A stretch of DNA of 64,000 nucleotides from Eledone cirrhosa (lineage: Eukaryota): positions 351,044,001 to 351,108,000 of the forward strand of contig OZ024740.1 of NCBI GenBank assembly GCA_964016885.1, written 5' to 3'. Of this stretch, positions 39,103 to 53,379 are shown piece by piece (positions within the stretch are counted from its first letter, which is position 1; every line of letters begins with the position of its first letter). The notes beneath the pieces are model-generated. The model worked only from the letters and a program-made list of their open reading frames with translations. It was not told the DNA's origin and ran no database searches. The translations under genes were made by a program, and so were the position numbers.

Positions 39103-40315
39103 GTTATACTTTGGGAGGGTCATATTGCCAACAAGAAACACACGCACCAGTTTCACTTCAATTTATTATAAATTAAATTCATAAATTTAAGAATTTATAA
39201 ATTTCTGGTTGGTTGGTTGATTCCACAACCAGATGATTGTTCATATATTGTCAAAATTCTTTTGTCACACATTCTGTGACCTCTTCAGTGACTGGGGATT
39301 CTTTTCTTTGTTTTTTTTTGTTTTGTTTTTTGTTTTTTTTTGTTTTTTTTGTGCCTCTCTTTTGTTCTGTCCTACGCCATCTTGTCTTTGTGTGTGTTGG
39401 GTGCTTAGTTTGCGCATGTGTTACATCCGGGTGTCTGTGTGTGTTTCTATTTGTTTATTTATTTGTTTAATTACATGTTACTGGTTGGTTGTTTGTTCTA
39501 TGTGTGTGTGTGTTTTAATTTTGTCCTTAATTGTAAGTTGTGATGTTGCTGTTCCATTCATGTTTTCTATTTAATTTTGGTTGGAGTTCATTTATGTTTA
39601 TTGCCTCTGTGATTTGTCTAAACATTGCGTCTTTTCTGTGTGTAGATTCTATTTTTATTTCTATGCTCTCTAATTTACCCTTATGTTCTATTTTAGCATG
39701 TTGGTGGAGTACAGATGATTCTTTACTACCTTGAAGCTCTCGCCAGTGTTCATTTATCCGTTCCCCTATACTACGAGCTGTCTCACCTATGTACACTATA
39801 TTCTTATCTCTACATTGTCCTTCAGTACATCTTATGCTATATACTACATTTCTAGTTTTACAGTTAATATGGGGGCTTAATTTACAGATTATACATTTCT
39901 TATCTATACAGGTAGGTCTTTGAAAAGGGTATGTATTACTAATAAGTGTTTTTATGGAGGTACCTGGTCTTTCTACTATCTTAATATTGAGTTTATGTTT
40001 ATCTAGGGCCCTTCTAAATGTGTAAGCTAATTCACCTCTAGGGGTTGTATCGATGAACATTACACTCTGGTATTTATTGCTATCATACCATGAGTTTATT
40101 CTATTAACCTTATTCATAGTTCTTTCTATTCTATTCCAAAATTTGCTCCTATACATGGGGCAGGTCCCATTTGTATCATTATTTACCATTTTTTCTCATT
40201 TGATTCTGGCTCCTGTGTTTCTTATTGGCAAGATGACCCTCCCAAAGTATAACAATATCGGTTTCAACACACGTTTTCAGATAAAGAATCTTTCTAAACA
40301 AATACAGAAACGAAA
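39103..40315 (-). mobile_element. Penelope-like element, P1-related, 5'-truncated with inverted 3'-end copy
   Basis: ORF 39527-40189 (CIDKKCIIC, NVVYSIRC, YIGETARS, RQITEA, LNRKHEW); end motif ATGACCCTCCCAAAGTATAAC at ~39103-39123 (-) and ~40233-40253 (+); hammerhead 39250-39292 (-) with G12A. Confidence 0.92.
39527..40189 (-). CDS. PLE linker + GIY-YIG endonuclease fragment
   Basis: 220-aa open frame homologous to the P1 C-terminus. Confidence 0.88.
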   Translation of the reverse strand: MVNNDTNGTCPMYRSKFWNRIERTMNKVNRINSWYDSNKYQSVMFIDTTPRGELAYTFRRALDKHKLNIKIVERPGTSIKTLISNTYPFQRPTCIDKKCIICKLSPHINCKTRNVVYSIRCTEGQCRDKNIVYIGETARSIGERINEHWRELQGSKESSVLHQHAKIEHKGKLESIEIKIESTHRKDAMFRQITEAININELQPKLNRKHEWNSNITTYN

Positions 40316-40330
40316 TATATATATATATAT

Positions 40331-40372
40331 ATTTGAAAAGATGGCTTTTGCATACCCATCGAAACCGGTCAT
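40331..40372 (+). ncRNA. hammerhead, U3:A8 core variant (5'-truncated element)
   Basis: TTGAAAA-GATGG..CCATC-GAAAC-CG-GTC. Confidence 0.65.
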
Positions 40373-40530
40373 TTTTTATACCCTTTATTATTTCCTTACC
40401 TTATAAAATTATATGTTTTTTCACAAAAAAGTATTCTGTCTCTAATATATTCCATGTGCCATTACCAACCTCAATTTTCTCTATAACCTTCGTTTTGTGT
40501 AGAAAATTACACTTTTCATATATATATATA

Positions 40531-40594
<64 letters not shown>

Positions 40595-40615
40595 ATTTCA
40601 TGTTCACGCACAGAG

Positions 40616-40757
40616 AAAATTTCCCCTTAATGCACGAAACTGCACGACCGTAGGTGGTTGACACAATATAGGTGCAGTTGTCTTTTCTAAGACAACTGCA
40701 CCTCTATTTTGTCAACCACCTACGGTCGTGCAATTTAGTGCATTAAGGGGAAATTTT
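40616..40757. repeat. near-perfect fold-back, 69-bp arms, 4-nt loop
   Basis: 40616-40684 / 40689-40757. Confidence 0.92.
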
Positions 40758-41304
40758 ACTTGTCATATCAGTTTCCACAACAGATTTGAAAGCCGCTCTA
40801 ATGGTAAGATGCATGCGAATCAATATCACAACAAAGAATAAAAAAGAAAATGTGTCTGTCAACAGGAACAGAGATAAATCCATAAAGATATTACAACTCA
40901 AAATAAATGGACAATAGATTTATGGATAAGCACAAAAGACATATAAAAGGTCCAAAACTTTAAGGATGGAAAAGGGAAAAATTTTAACTGTTGTCAAAGG
41001 AATATAGTTGGATAGTTGGTTTGGTGGAGCCTAAAAAATTGTCTGCTAGCTGACGAATCTAAGGGATGAAAGAAAGAGAGATGAACAGAAGAGGGTAAGG
41101 AGGAAGAAATGGAGAAACATGGAGAAGTAGATAGAGAGAGAAAGAGGCAGAAGAGAGAGTTAAGACACTCAAATCAAAACTACTTTATCGACAGAAAACC
41201 TGCAGCGTTATATACATATAAATATAGTATGTCCATACGTGTGTGTGCGAGCATGTGTATATACACGTTAATACAGGTAGAGTTATTAAGTAATTAAACG
41301 TAAT

Positions 41305-42985
41305 TGATACACCTATAGTCTCAACGTTATCTCCCTCTACACATCAGTACCTGCCCACCCGGCAGTCAACCTTGTAACTGACTGCATCACTTCTTCTCAA
41401 CTCTACTGCTTCGGTCTCACCGCATCCGATATACACTAACTCCTATCCATCATCGTGGATAACACTTAGTTCACCATCTATCACCACATCTACAAGCAAG
41501 CACCAGGCCTACACATGGGATCCAGTCTCTCCGGTCTACTGACCATCACCAACGTGACCAGCTAGAAAGTCACGCGCTCAACACCTGCTACTCATGTACC
41601 TTCTTCACCAGGTACATAGATGGCATATTTATCCTCACGTCCTCCCGTGAAAAGGCCGATAGAACATTGACAACGCTCGCGAATATGAATGATAGTATAC
41701 AGTTAAGCGTAGAACATCCTCATAGCACCGGATCCCTGCCACTACTCGACTTCAAGCAGTAAGTAACGAAAGAAGGGGACATCTTTTCCAGTATCTACAG
41801 GAAAGCTGTCTGCAAAACCCTGTTTGTTCGTTATAATTCAGCCCTTCCGCTGGATGCTAAAACCGGATACATAAGGAATTAATTCACATGTATCCGGAAC
41901 AAATGCAGCAAGGTGGAGGACCAAGTCACACACACTGCATATTTCCTGGAAGTACTAGAGGTCAGCGGATACCCAACATGCACCGTGATTCATCTTAGGA
42001 GCCCGAAACGCTGGAAACATATGATTCCCTCTAACATCTGCTTCCTTAAACTGCTTCACTTCAGTGACGATACGCAGAGCCATCCGCAGGGAGGGACTAG
42101 ATGTACAATTAGCCGACTCCGGCCCTTCACTAAGAGGACACGTATCGAAAAAGCGACCCAGAGGTAACAACAGCGAATGTACGCTGGCAAACCGCTCCAA
42201 TCGTGACAGAGGTATATGCTAGCGGGCATATGTGATATACTGCATTCAATGTGACAAATGCAAAGATTTTTACATCGGTAGTACCGTTAGACATCTTCAA
42301 ACCCGCATTAAAGACCATCTAAGCACACACGCAACCTCCTTCAAGAAACACATAGACAAATGCGAAATGATCACCCACGATATAATGGTTAGCGTTGAAG
42401 CCAGCGATAGGAACATTGGCAGCATCAAAGAAGCAATACTAATAGCTAAGCTTAACTCACAATCAACTACAAATTAGAACTTAGCACGCAATAATTAACA
42501 TAAAAGCACATGCAGATAACATTTGACATAATAATACACACACACATAATAGCAGATTTTAACGTACATTTAAAACTAGACACACCAAATTTGACATAAA
42601 CATGCACAGATACTGCCCAAACATATAACTCAGTCCAGAATAGCTAGCATAGCCAAATAATTACAAAATGACACAGATTTGCATCGAAAACATTTTTGTA
42701 TAAAAACATAGACAAAAGCACACAATATTTCACAGTAACACGTACACATGAAGACGCAACAATATACACATATCAGTCCACACACGACGTCATTCTGCCA
42801 TTATTTCCGGCAGTTACAAATAGACCCCCGCTTGAAAACAAAGTAAGATTACCTGTCTATAACAACAAAAGCGCAATGCTTCGGACCAGTTTCTTATTAT
42901 AATCTTCTGAAGAAGGTATGATAGTCCCGAAATATTAGGATATTAGAAGGAAATTCGTATTTCGGGCATGTTTACATGTCTATAT
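41305..42985 (+). mobile_element. Penelope-like element family P3, decayed
   Basis: SLNVISLYTSVP, GLHMGSSLSG, TRYIDGIF, LPLLDF, YRK, IYCIQCDKC..YIGSTVRHLQTRIKDH; hammerhead-like CTGAAGA-AGG..CC-GAAA at ~42904-42950. Confidence 0.88.
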
Positions 42986-42991
42986 ATATAT

Positions 42992-43098
<107 letters not shown>

Positions 43099-43201
43099 GT
43101 GTGTGTGTTTATGTAAAAGGTAAACAGAAATAACAACACAATCGGTTCAGTATATGGAAGGAATATATTAAGTTAACTCGCTTGAAATAGCAGGAAGAGG
43201 G

Positions 43202-43237
43202 TCTTAACATTTCGGTCTCTAGTCCTTCATCAGAAGA
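43202..43237 (-). ncRNA. minimal hammerhead
   Basis: TCTT-CTGATGA-AGG-ACTAGAGA-CC-GAAA-TG-TT-AAGA. Confidence 0.65.
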
Positions 43238-43636
43238 AAGAATGAGAAATTAGATAGATTGAAGGGACGGGCGTGGTGGAATTGCTAATATATATATATT
43301 TATGTATATATATATATATATATATATCTTTGATAATTTATTCTCTACTATCTTGTGGTCGAGTAAAAGTGAGCTATTTCTAGCACTCGTTCGTACTTGC
43401 CGGCCGTCTATCTATTACTACCCTTCATACCGAGTGCCTTCCAATGACGTAACGGTCACATAAAAATATCTCTTGTTTTGGGAAGGTCCCTAAGGAACCG
43501 GTGTTCTTTCGATTTTCGATAACCCAACTTATTAGAATATCCCAAGTCGTTCTTACACGGCGAAACTGCAATCGGGATATTTGAAGTCAGAAGATATCTA
43601 TTATCTCACTTACTTTTCCCACTTATGAACTTATAT

Positions 43637-43704
<68 letters not shown>

Positions 43705-44017
43705 AAAATTGATGAGCAGAACAAACAAACATTAAACAATCCTTTAAATAAATTAAAAAATGATTTAAATATCTACCTGTTCATAATGCTATTACCGGCG
43801 GTTTCCATTTACAAAAGATTAGAAATTCAGAGAATTTCTAACGGAAAGTAAATTTCAGCAGATAGCTATTTCCATCCTATAGGACTAAGTCCCACGGTCT
43901 GCAAATATAATGCCAACTACCAGCTCGTATGACCCACACGTGAACCGGTCGCTAGTGAAAGCGGGAATATTACATACGTGTTGATCGCTTTGCTGCTAAA
44001 AAAATAGCAGTAAGCAA

Positions 44018-44616
44018 CAGTTGGTGCTACTGGTAACATCTATCCCAGTACAACCTGTCTCATGGTCGGGTCGTCGGCGACTAAACTGGCAACCCCACCA
44101 AGGTTTCTTGGTGAGGAGGGTGACTTTGGACATCCTGCAGGACTAAAAACAAAACCTGTCAAAGGGCAAAGGAGCTCTTAAGAGTCAATGGCCATCCAAA
44201 ATCACCGGGAGAGATGACCCCTTAGCCTTTGTCAAGGCAGAATTCTAGGAGAAGGAAAACTCTGATATAACACCTGCAACCCTGATGGTATCCAATGATG
44301 TTGACTTGTTCTTCTTTTTGGTAAATATCATCTTGGTTAAGAGAGTGGGACTGGCTTTGTGCAGTGCCTTTGCTCACTATAAAAGCTTCACGGCGCAGGC
44401 ATTGCTTTATATCTGGAGATCTCTCTGCACTTGTCCTCACATGGTACCATGGGCCCAGCACTATGTGTCAATAATTGTCACAAGTGTAGTGTTTGTACCA
44501 GAGTTTTCAAGTCGTTGGCTGGACTAAAAAGTCACACTCGTTCAGCGCTTCGGTAGGGTTCTCCTACATGGATATAAAGTAGTGGCCGTACTCGAAAACG
44601 AGTTGGCAGCCACCAT
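44018..44616 (+). mobile_element. internally deleted RTE derivative (second copy)
   Basis: Closely similar to 4738-5310, with a few small indels. Confidence 0.8.
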
Positions 44617-45045
44617 GTGTATGTACGTATATATGTCTGTATGTGTATGTACGTATATATGTCTGTATGTGTATGTACGTATATATGATTGTATGTGTAT
44701 GCACGTGTATATGTCTGTATGTGTGTGTACGTATATATGTCTGTATGTGTATGTACGTATATATGTCTGTATGTGTATGTACGTATATATGTCTGTATGT
44801 GTATGTACGTATATATGATTGTATGTGTATGCACGTGTATATGTCTGTATGTGTGTGTACGTATATATGTCTGTATGTGTATGCACTTATATATGTCTGT
44901 AGGTGTGTGTATGTATTTATGTCTGTATGTGTATGCACGTATATATGTCTGTATGTGTGTGTATGTATATATGTATGTATGTGTATGCACGTATATATGT
45001 ATGTATGTGTATGTACGTATATATATATCTGTATGTGTGTACGTG
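44615..45045. repeat. 26-bp minisatellite grown from the RTE tail
   Basis: ATGTGTATGTACGTATATATGTCTGT units with recurring variants. Confidence 0.88.
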
Positions 45046-45516
45046 TATGCGAAGAACAAATCTCTCAGGAAATATATTAAAAATAAAAATAGTAGAATAG
45101 AAAGAAGTTTTAAGCTGTAAGAAAACAAAAACAAAAACAGCAAAGAATTAAAAAACACCACGACAAACAAAACTAACAAGAAAACATCAGACACAAGTAA
45201 AGATCATTGTTTGTATAGCAAACAGACTATAAAGTACACATATCTCAAATAACGTATTTATAGTGAAGAAAGGGTTTGTATGTAGTTAAGAACAAAACAG
45301 TGAGTAACGTTGTTTTAATTTTTACTTCATTGTTAAAAAGAAATATTTTATTAACGCAATTAAAAAGGAATAGAAGAAATTGTAGGAAACATGGAGTGGG
45401 TCAAATATTATACGCTTGGTTGGCCTGCATGTCTCAGCTACAGACAGCGAGCAAGATGGCGAAAGTGTTGCTGAGGACAACATAAGCGTGGGCATAGTCG
45501 TTGTGATTGCCCCCAA

Positions 45517-45705
45517 ATAATTGTTTCTAATTCTGGCACAAGGCCAGCAATTATCCCAGTGTATTACTGGTACCTTATCGATCGATCCCGTAAGAATGAA
45601 AGGGAAAGTTAACCTCGGCGGGATTTGAACAAAGACCATAAAGGGACGTAACTCTTCGCTGCAAAGCATGACGTCCGACCCTCTACCTATACTGGCAATC
45701 GACTG
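45517..45705 (-). mobile_element. SINE family A
   Basis: Body match. Confidence 0.82.
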
Positions 45706-45871
45706 CTCCCAAATAATGATTGGTTCTTTACTTCATTGCCCCTCAGAAATGAGAAATTTGAATTTGATCTCGAAGGGAATTGATGCTTATCTTAGTCACT
45801 CTGGCGGAATTTCAACTCAATATCGCAAAAAAACTACGCTCTGATGTGTACATATTGCATTATTTCATCAA

Positions 45872-46250
45872 GGCGGTGGATGGATTGACAGTATCGGTAG
45901 AGGGTCGGACGCCATGCTTTGACGCATAGTTACGGCCCTTGCCATTCTGAGTTCAAATCCCGCCGAGGTTAACTTTGCCTTTCATCCTTATGGGGTCGAT
46001 AAAATAAAGTACCAGTAATACACTGGGTAATTGCTGACCTTGTGTCAAAAATAGAAACAATTATTTCATCAAGGCGGTGAATTGGCAGGGTCGGACGCCA
46101 TGCTTTCCAGCATAGTTACGTCCCTTTACGATCTGAGTTCAAATCCCGCCGAGATTAACTTTGCCATTCATCCTTACGGGGTCGATAAAATAAAGTACCA
46201 GTAATGTACTGGGTAATTGCTGACCTTGTGCCAAAAGTAGAAACAATTAT
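45872..46250 (+). mobile_element. two tandem SINE A copies sharing one TSD
   Basis: ATTATTTCATCAA at 45859, 46060 and 46246. Confidence 0.9.
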
Positions 46251-46629
46251 TTCATCAATTGGTATACTAGCACATGATAAGCGCATATTGCTTGAGCGAA
46301 AGGCATGACCTGTCTAGCGATCTCTTTTCTGTTACAAAAAAGTATGTATTGATAAAAATTTACACCTGTAGAAGGATTGAAATAATGCAGAATTATGTGG
46401 ATTACCTGTTGTAAACAGTATACGTTTTAAAGGGGTAGAGCGGAACACTGTGAGTATGGTGGATTAATAGACAATCACTTTAGTAGTGATGCTGATGGAG
46501 TTACCTTCCCAGAATGTGGAGTGTAGTCGTTTAAAAGCGGATCTTACTGTTACGAAGGAGATTGTAAAGTCAATCATCAGCTGCAATTAGTATCACTAGA
46601 ATTCGAAACACTGCTCCTCAGATCTACAA

Positions 46630-47290
46630 AAGAAAGCGAGAAAAAAACGAACAATGGATCACATGACTGATTTGAAGTATGATGCACGGGTTTCTTATGC
46701 GTTTTACTGGAGGTAGACTATTTAAACCAGTGGAGCTGCCGCTGCAGAGAGTTGGTGTGAGGTTGGCAACGAAAGCAATCTGTTGAAGTCTATGATGTGA
46801 TAAAAACAGTCGATGTAAAGTTGGGCGGCGAAGAACAACATTACACAAGACATCCAGCCTGGTCCATCTATTTCTTCCGTGTTAAGTAAGTTGCTTAGTT
46901 GCGGATTCCAGGCTGCTGACTTTGGGTTGTTGGAGCCGTGTTGTAGTTGGAGACCGCATTCTGCCTTTCATCCTTAAGGGGTCGATAAAATAAAGTACCA
47001 GTAATGCACTGGGTAATTGCTGGCCTTGTGCCTAAAGTAGAAACAATTATTTTGGTTATCTTACAATTGTCCTTATTGATGTGTCTTGTGGGAAGGTGAC
47101 CAACGTGCGGAAATCTCTTTGCTACACAGAAACTGGTTTCTGTGACCACTAAGTTGAGCTCAGTGTACTCATGATTAGCGAGGGCTGATGTAATACATAA
47201 GGTTGTTTTATTTTTATCAATTAGTGTGTAAATATGCAATTTGTCTGTGGACAAGTGTTCTTTTAAAACTATCATCAGATAGAATCAGCA
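46630..47290 (-). pseudogene. decayed RTE RT fragment with nested SINE piece (~46960-47050, +)
   Basis: NHEYTELNLVV..KRFPHVG parallels GHEYTEPNIMV..EKFTNLD at ~24900. Confidence 0.5.
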
Positions 47291-47378
47291 TGACACAGGA
47301 CAATGTTGATTCTTAGAATTACAGGGACAATCGTCCTTTAACTATGTGTGCATATATATACATATATGCGTGTGTATG

Positions 47379-47440
<62 letters not shown>

Positions 47441-47442
<2 letters not shown>

Positions 47443-47863
47443 ACAATGAAAACAAAACAAAAGTCAGAGATAGGTAGTTAATTAGTTTATTGGGTTGTTT
47501 GATCATGGAAGATCAGTATATCGACTAACATAGTAGTGGCTAGGTCGCTACCCGCTTCTAGTCTCGAAATCCCTGATCGATCTTCCTCGATCAATAAACC
47601 CTCTGAAACGATCGTAAAACAATGAACTAATTAACTACCTATCTCTGACATTCGTTTTGTTTTCATTGTTCTATACACACACATACACTTAGATGTAAAT
47701 GACTCTGTAACATGGGAAGATTCTTCTTAGAGGAAACTATACGCGATGAGCGCCTACCGCAAAAACTAGAGGATTCACCGCCTAATTTCGCTGAAACTAT
47801 CTTTCTTAGGCCAAACTGAGTTCTAACAACGTTATCGGCTCCACAACAAACAGGTGGAAACCA

Positions 47864-47865
<2 letters not shown>
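47441..47865 (+). mobile_element. inverted-repeat element with hammerhead 3' half and tail
   Basis: Arms ~47442-47492/47619-47670, inner stem GGGTT..GATC..GGAAGATC/GATCTTCC..GATC..AACCC, GAAAC-GATC-GTA. Confidence 0.6.
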
Positions 47866-47953
<88 letters not shown>

Positions 47954-48160
47954 TAAGTAAAGTTTGACGGTATTATACTTTACTTAACGATAAAAGAGAC
48001 TGCTGAGAAAACCTGATTTAGAAAAGAGTATAAATAGAGAAATGTCTTAAATAAAAATACAAGAATGACCAACAGCTAGATCCCAGTAAATTAATCTAAA
48101 AATAAGAAGCATCTTATCTTAGGAGTAGAGTTTTCGTTAAGCAATCTAAAATTAAAGGGT

Positions 48161-48240
48161 TCCCCTGACTGCAGTTTCATGAAAAAAAGGACAGAATTGA
48201 CCATCTCAATATATTAAGGCATTCCATTCTGCCAGAGGGG
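48161..48240 (-). ncRNA. degenerate hammerhead
   Basis: CCCCT-CTGGCAGA-ATGGAA..TTTCAT-GAAAC-TGCA-GTC-AGGGG; core altered. Confidence 0.45.
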
Positions 48241-48501
48241 CTCCGTCATCGGATGAGGTTCTGATTATCATTATAGGAAAAGGGTATATTAATATGTTGT
48301 CTGAAACCAACATGTCTGCTGACATTTCATCCCGCAGTGGATCAATAACTGCAGGGTGGAATATACATATATTGTACAGAGAGAGAGAGAAGGGGGGAGA
48401 GACACCCACACACAGACACCACACGCATTAATATATATATATGTATATATATATATCAAATTAAAAAACGGAGTTAACGACACACATTAATCCTTTATAA
48501 T

Positions 48502-48694
48502 TTAATTGTTTCTACATTTGGCACAAGGCCAGCAATTAACCAGTGCATTACTGGTACTTTATTTTATCGACCCCGTAAGGATGAAAGGCAAAGTTATCCT
48601 TGGCGGGATTTGAACTCAGAATGGCAAGGGCCGTAACTCTATGCGTCAAAGCATGGCGTCCGACCCTCTACCGATACTGCCAATCCATCGCCCT
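48502..48694 (-). mobile_element. SINE family A with TSD
   Basis: TTATAATTTAAT on both sides. Confidence 0.9.
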
Positions 48695-48992
48695 TATAAT
48701 TTAATGAGCTCAAGTTATAGATACTTTATAAGACAATATATAGAGAAATATACACAGAGGTGTGCGTTCAATTATAGGGAGTAGAATACCACCAATGCTT
48801 ACTGCATGTCCAGGAGATATAGTTATAAACGAATAGTCTATACATTTTAATTTATTCTTTTAATTGATATGTATTCTCCATTCTGTTCGTAGATTATGGT
48901 TTCCACTCTGGTAGTATTCCATCCCCTATAATTGAACACATACCTCTAAATATATATATGTATATATATACATAGACATATATATATATATG

Positions 48993-50139
<1,147 letters not shown>

Positions 50140-50457
50140 TATATATATATATATATATTATATATATATATATACATAGATAGATATAGATATATTAAGA
50201 TCTCATCTATAAAAAAGATCTACTTGTTCGTAAACAACCAAATATATCAAAATATATCATGTATATTGATATATTAATTATACCTATATTGTGTGTGCAT
50301 ATATATTTATACATACATACATATGAGTAGGTAGATAGATAGATGGAGAGAGAGAGATAGAGAGATACGTAGATAAATGGATATAGATATACATACAGAT
50401 ATATACACATATATGTCTGTCTATAAAACTAGCTACCTCACACTTCTCACTCTCTCT

Positions 50458-50502
<45 letters not shown>

Positions 50503-51064
50503 GTGTGTGTGTGTATGTGTGTGTGTGTGCGAGTTTGTGTGTGCGTGTGCGCGCGCACGTTTGTTTGCATGTGTGTGTGATTGCATTGTTGTCTGTGAAT
50601 TTGTATGATTGCCGAAATCCCAATATTTATATATCGGAAAAATCTATAAAATGTTATTGTTAATTTATTTTGAATGCCTATTTCAAATATCTAAACTTGT
50701 GTTTTGATAATGCATACTGTTGTTCTATTTCTGTACAGAAAACTGGTTGTTTAACAATTTTGAAAGTACTTTTATATCAGCTTAAGTCATATTATCTTGT
50801 TGATCAATAAGTAACAACACAATACTTTGTAATCTAACGTAACATAATTGAAATTCATCAATACTTGCTTGCTTTCATCTACAAATGAATACACATACAC
50901 TTATGTATGTGTATATGAATATTTACGTGCAGATAAATATTTATATATATATTCGTATGTGTAATGTATATATATGTGTGTGTGTTTGTATATATATATA
51001 TACGTGAGTGTAATATATATAAATATACATATATATATGTATAATTTGCGTATGTGTAATATAC

Positions 51065-51172
<108 letters not shown>

Positions 51173-51204
51173 GTGTGCGTGCGTGTGTGTGTGTGTGTGT
51201 TTGT

Positions 51205-51327
<123 letters not shown>

Positions 51328-51541
51328 TAGTGGAAGGTCAACATTGATAAACAAACAAAAAAACACTGGATACAAATATGAAGTACAATGTCAAAAGGAG
51401 TTATTAAGTACACGGTTGTACGAGATGGAAATAGAATTGTCTTCAACGTATTAGCCGTGCTTTTATATTAATGTATTAGGGACCTTATTTAACTATGGTT
51501 CCTTTCTTTCCTCTTCGGAAATTCACATATGTATATATATG

Positions 51542-51602
<61 letters not shown>

Positions 51603-51623
51603 GTGTGTGCCCCTGTGTGTGTG

Positions 51624-51672
<49 letters not shown>

Positions 51673-51708
51673 GTAAGTAAGCTAATTTTATAATTTTCTT
51701 ATTTTACG

Positions 51709-51767
<59 letters not shown>

Positions 51768-52197
51768 ATAAAATGCTCGGATCTATTCATTAAAATCTTG
51801 GAGCATATTTTACGGCTGATATGGCGCATGTCTATCTGACACCCTTAATTTAACTTAATTTTGGATATATATAAATACGGCCCCTTAATTGTAGAGCTAA
51901 CTCAGTTGAAATGACTTGACTGCTATTTCTAGTTGTCGATAACCCTATTGACGCCACTGGGACGAAGCTGGTACCATGTGTGTATTTTTAGTAAATACAG
52001 CACGTGTTACTGGCCAGTCGCTGATTTGAATTTGATGTGTAAACACAGATAGTTAGTCCTCTTCCTTGTTGAAAATCCAGGATCTGGCTACTGTCGTTTA
52101 CCAATTAATTGGTGAAATATATTTCTTTAATGGAATATATACAAGGAAGATTAATCAATTTATAATGTATCTATTTCTAGTTGATATATATATATAC

Positions 52198-52500
52198 ATA
52201 TGATAGCAGTATATAAGGGAACAAAGAATCATTGTTGCATCATATACATTTTTAATTCTCTGACGCAAGTCTACATGTTAACACATATCTGAGGAGCTTC
52301 GAATTCCAGAGTCAGATTTGCTTATTAATCGATCGTTCCTCGAGCTGACCGACAGTGAAACATATGTAATATGTAATAAAATATGTTTATGATACAACAC
52401 TCATTCTTTGTTCCCTTATATACTACTATTATTGATACTCTGCTCCCCAAGAGTATCGACTGGTCATTTAGCAATCCACCTACGGACGCAATTAATTTGG
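52198..52500 (+). mobile_element. inverted-repeat element with hammerhead and tail
   Basis: Arms ~52200-52255/52378-52432; ACATAT-CTGAGGA-GCT..AGT-GAAAC-ATAT-GTA-ATATGT at 52283-52374. Confidence 0.7.
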
Positions 52501-52524
52501 ACACACACACACAAACACACACCT

Positions 52525-52617
<93 letters not shown>

Positions 52618-52941
52618 TAATAAAAATAATGAATAAAAACAAAGAAACAGTTCCTTATATTAAAACATTCATCATTTTACGATCGTTTCTAGGATATATA
52701 TGTGTGTGTTGGTATGTATATCATATAGATCTATATAAAAGTTTTACAAACTATCAGAGGGAATATACATACCTACACATATATATGCTGTCTTCAGAAA
52801 TAATGATATTTGTTTATTGAAAAAAACAACAAAGATTTAATATAATAGGTCTGTTTGGGAACGGATTGGACACTACCGTATATTTTGGTAGATTTATCTA
52901 CATATATATATATATATATATATATATGTAGATAAATCTAC

Positions 52942-52986
<45 letters not shown>

Positions 52987-52993
<7 letters not shown>

Positions 52994-53344
52994 AAAAAGG
53001 GATGAAATCGAAAATGCAACTGAAGTCTTATTTTTTAAAAAAATATATATATTTATTTGGTTCCTTTACCGGTTTCGCAGTTCTTCTGCTTTTCAAAAGG
53101 TGAGTTGAGATGGAGGGTCTGTGGTTTTTCTCAGATGTGAGAAAAACCACAGACCCTCCATCTCAACTCACCTTTTGAAAAGCAGAAGAACTGCGAAACC
53201 GGTAAAGGAACCAAATAAATATATATATTTTTTAAAAAAATAAGACTTCAGTTGCATTTTCGATTTCATCCCTTTTTCTTTATACTTCCACTCGTGTAGG
53301 ACACCTCGGTTATTTTTCATTTTGTAAAAAAAAACCTCACTTTC

Positions 53345-53347
<3 letters not shown>
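52987..53347 (+). mobile_element. perfect 147-bp palindromic element with U3:A8 hammerheads and tail
   Basis: Arms 52987-53133/53138-53284; tail 53285-53347; longer copy 56390-56930 (-). Confidence 0.88.
53171..53208 (+). ncRNA. minimal type I hammerhead, U3:A8 variant
   Basis: CCTT-TTGAAAA-GCAG-AAGAA-CTGC-GAAAC-CG-GTA-AAGG; mirrored at 53063-53100 (-) and 56529-56565 (-). Confidence 0.8.
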
Positions 53348-53379
<32 letters not shown>

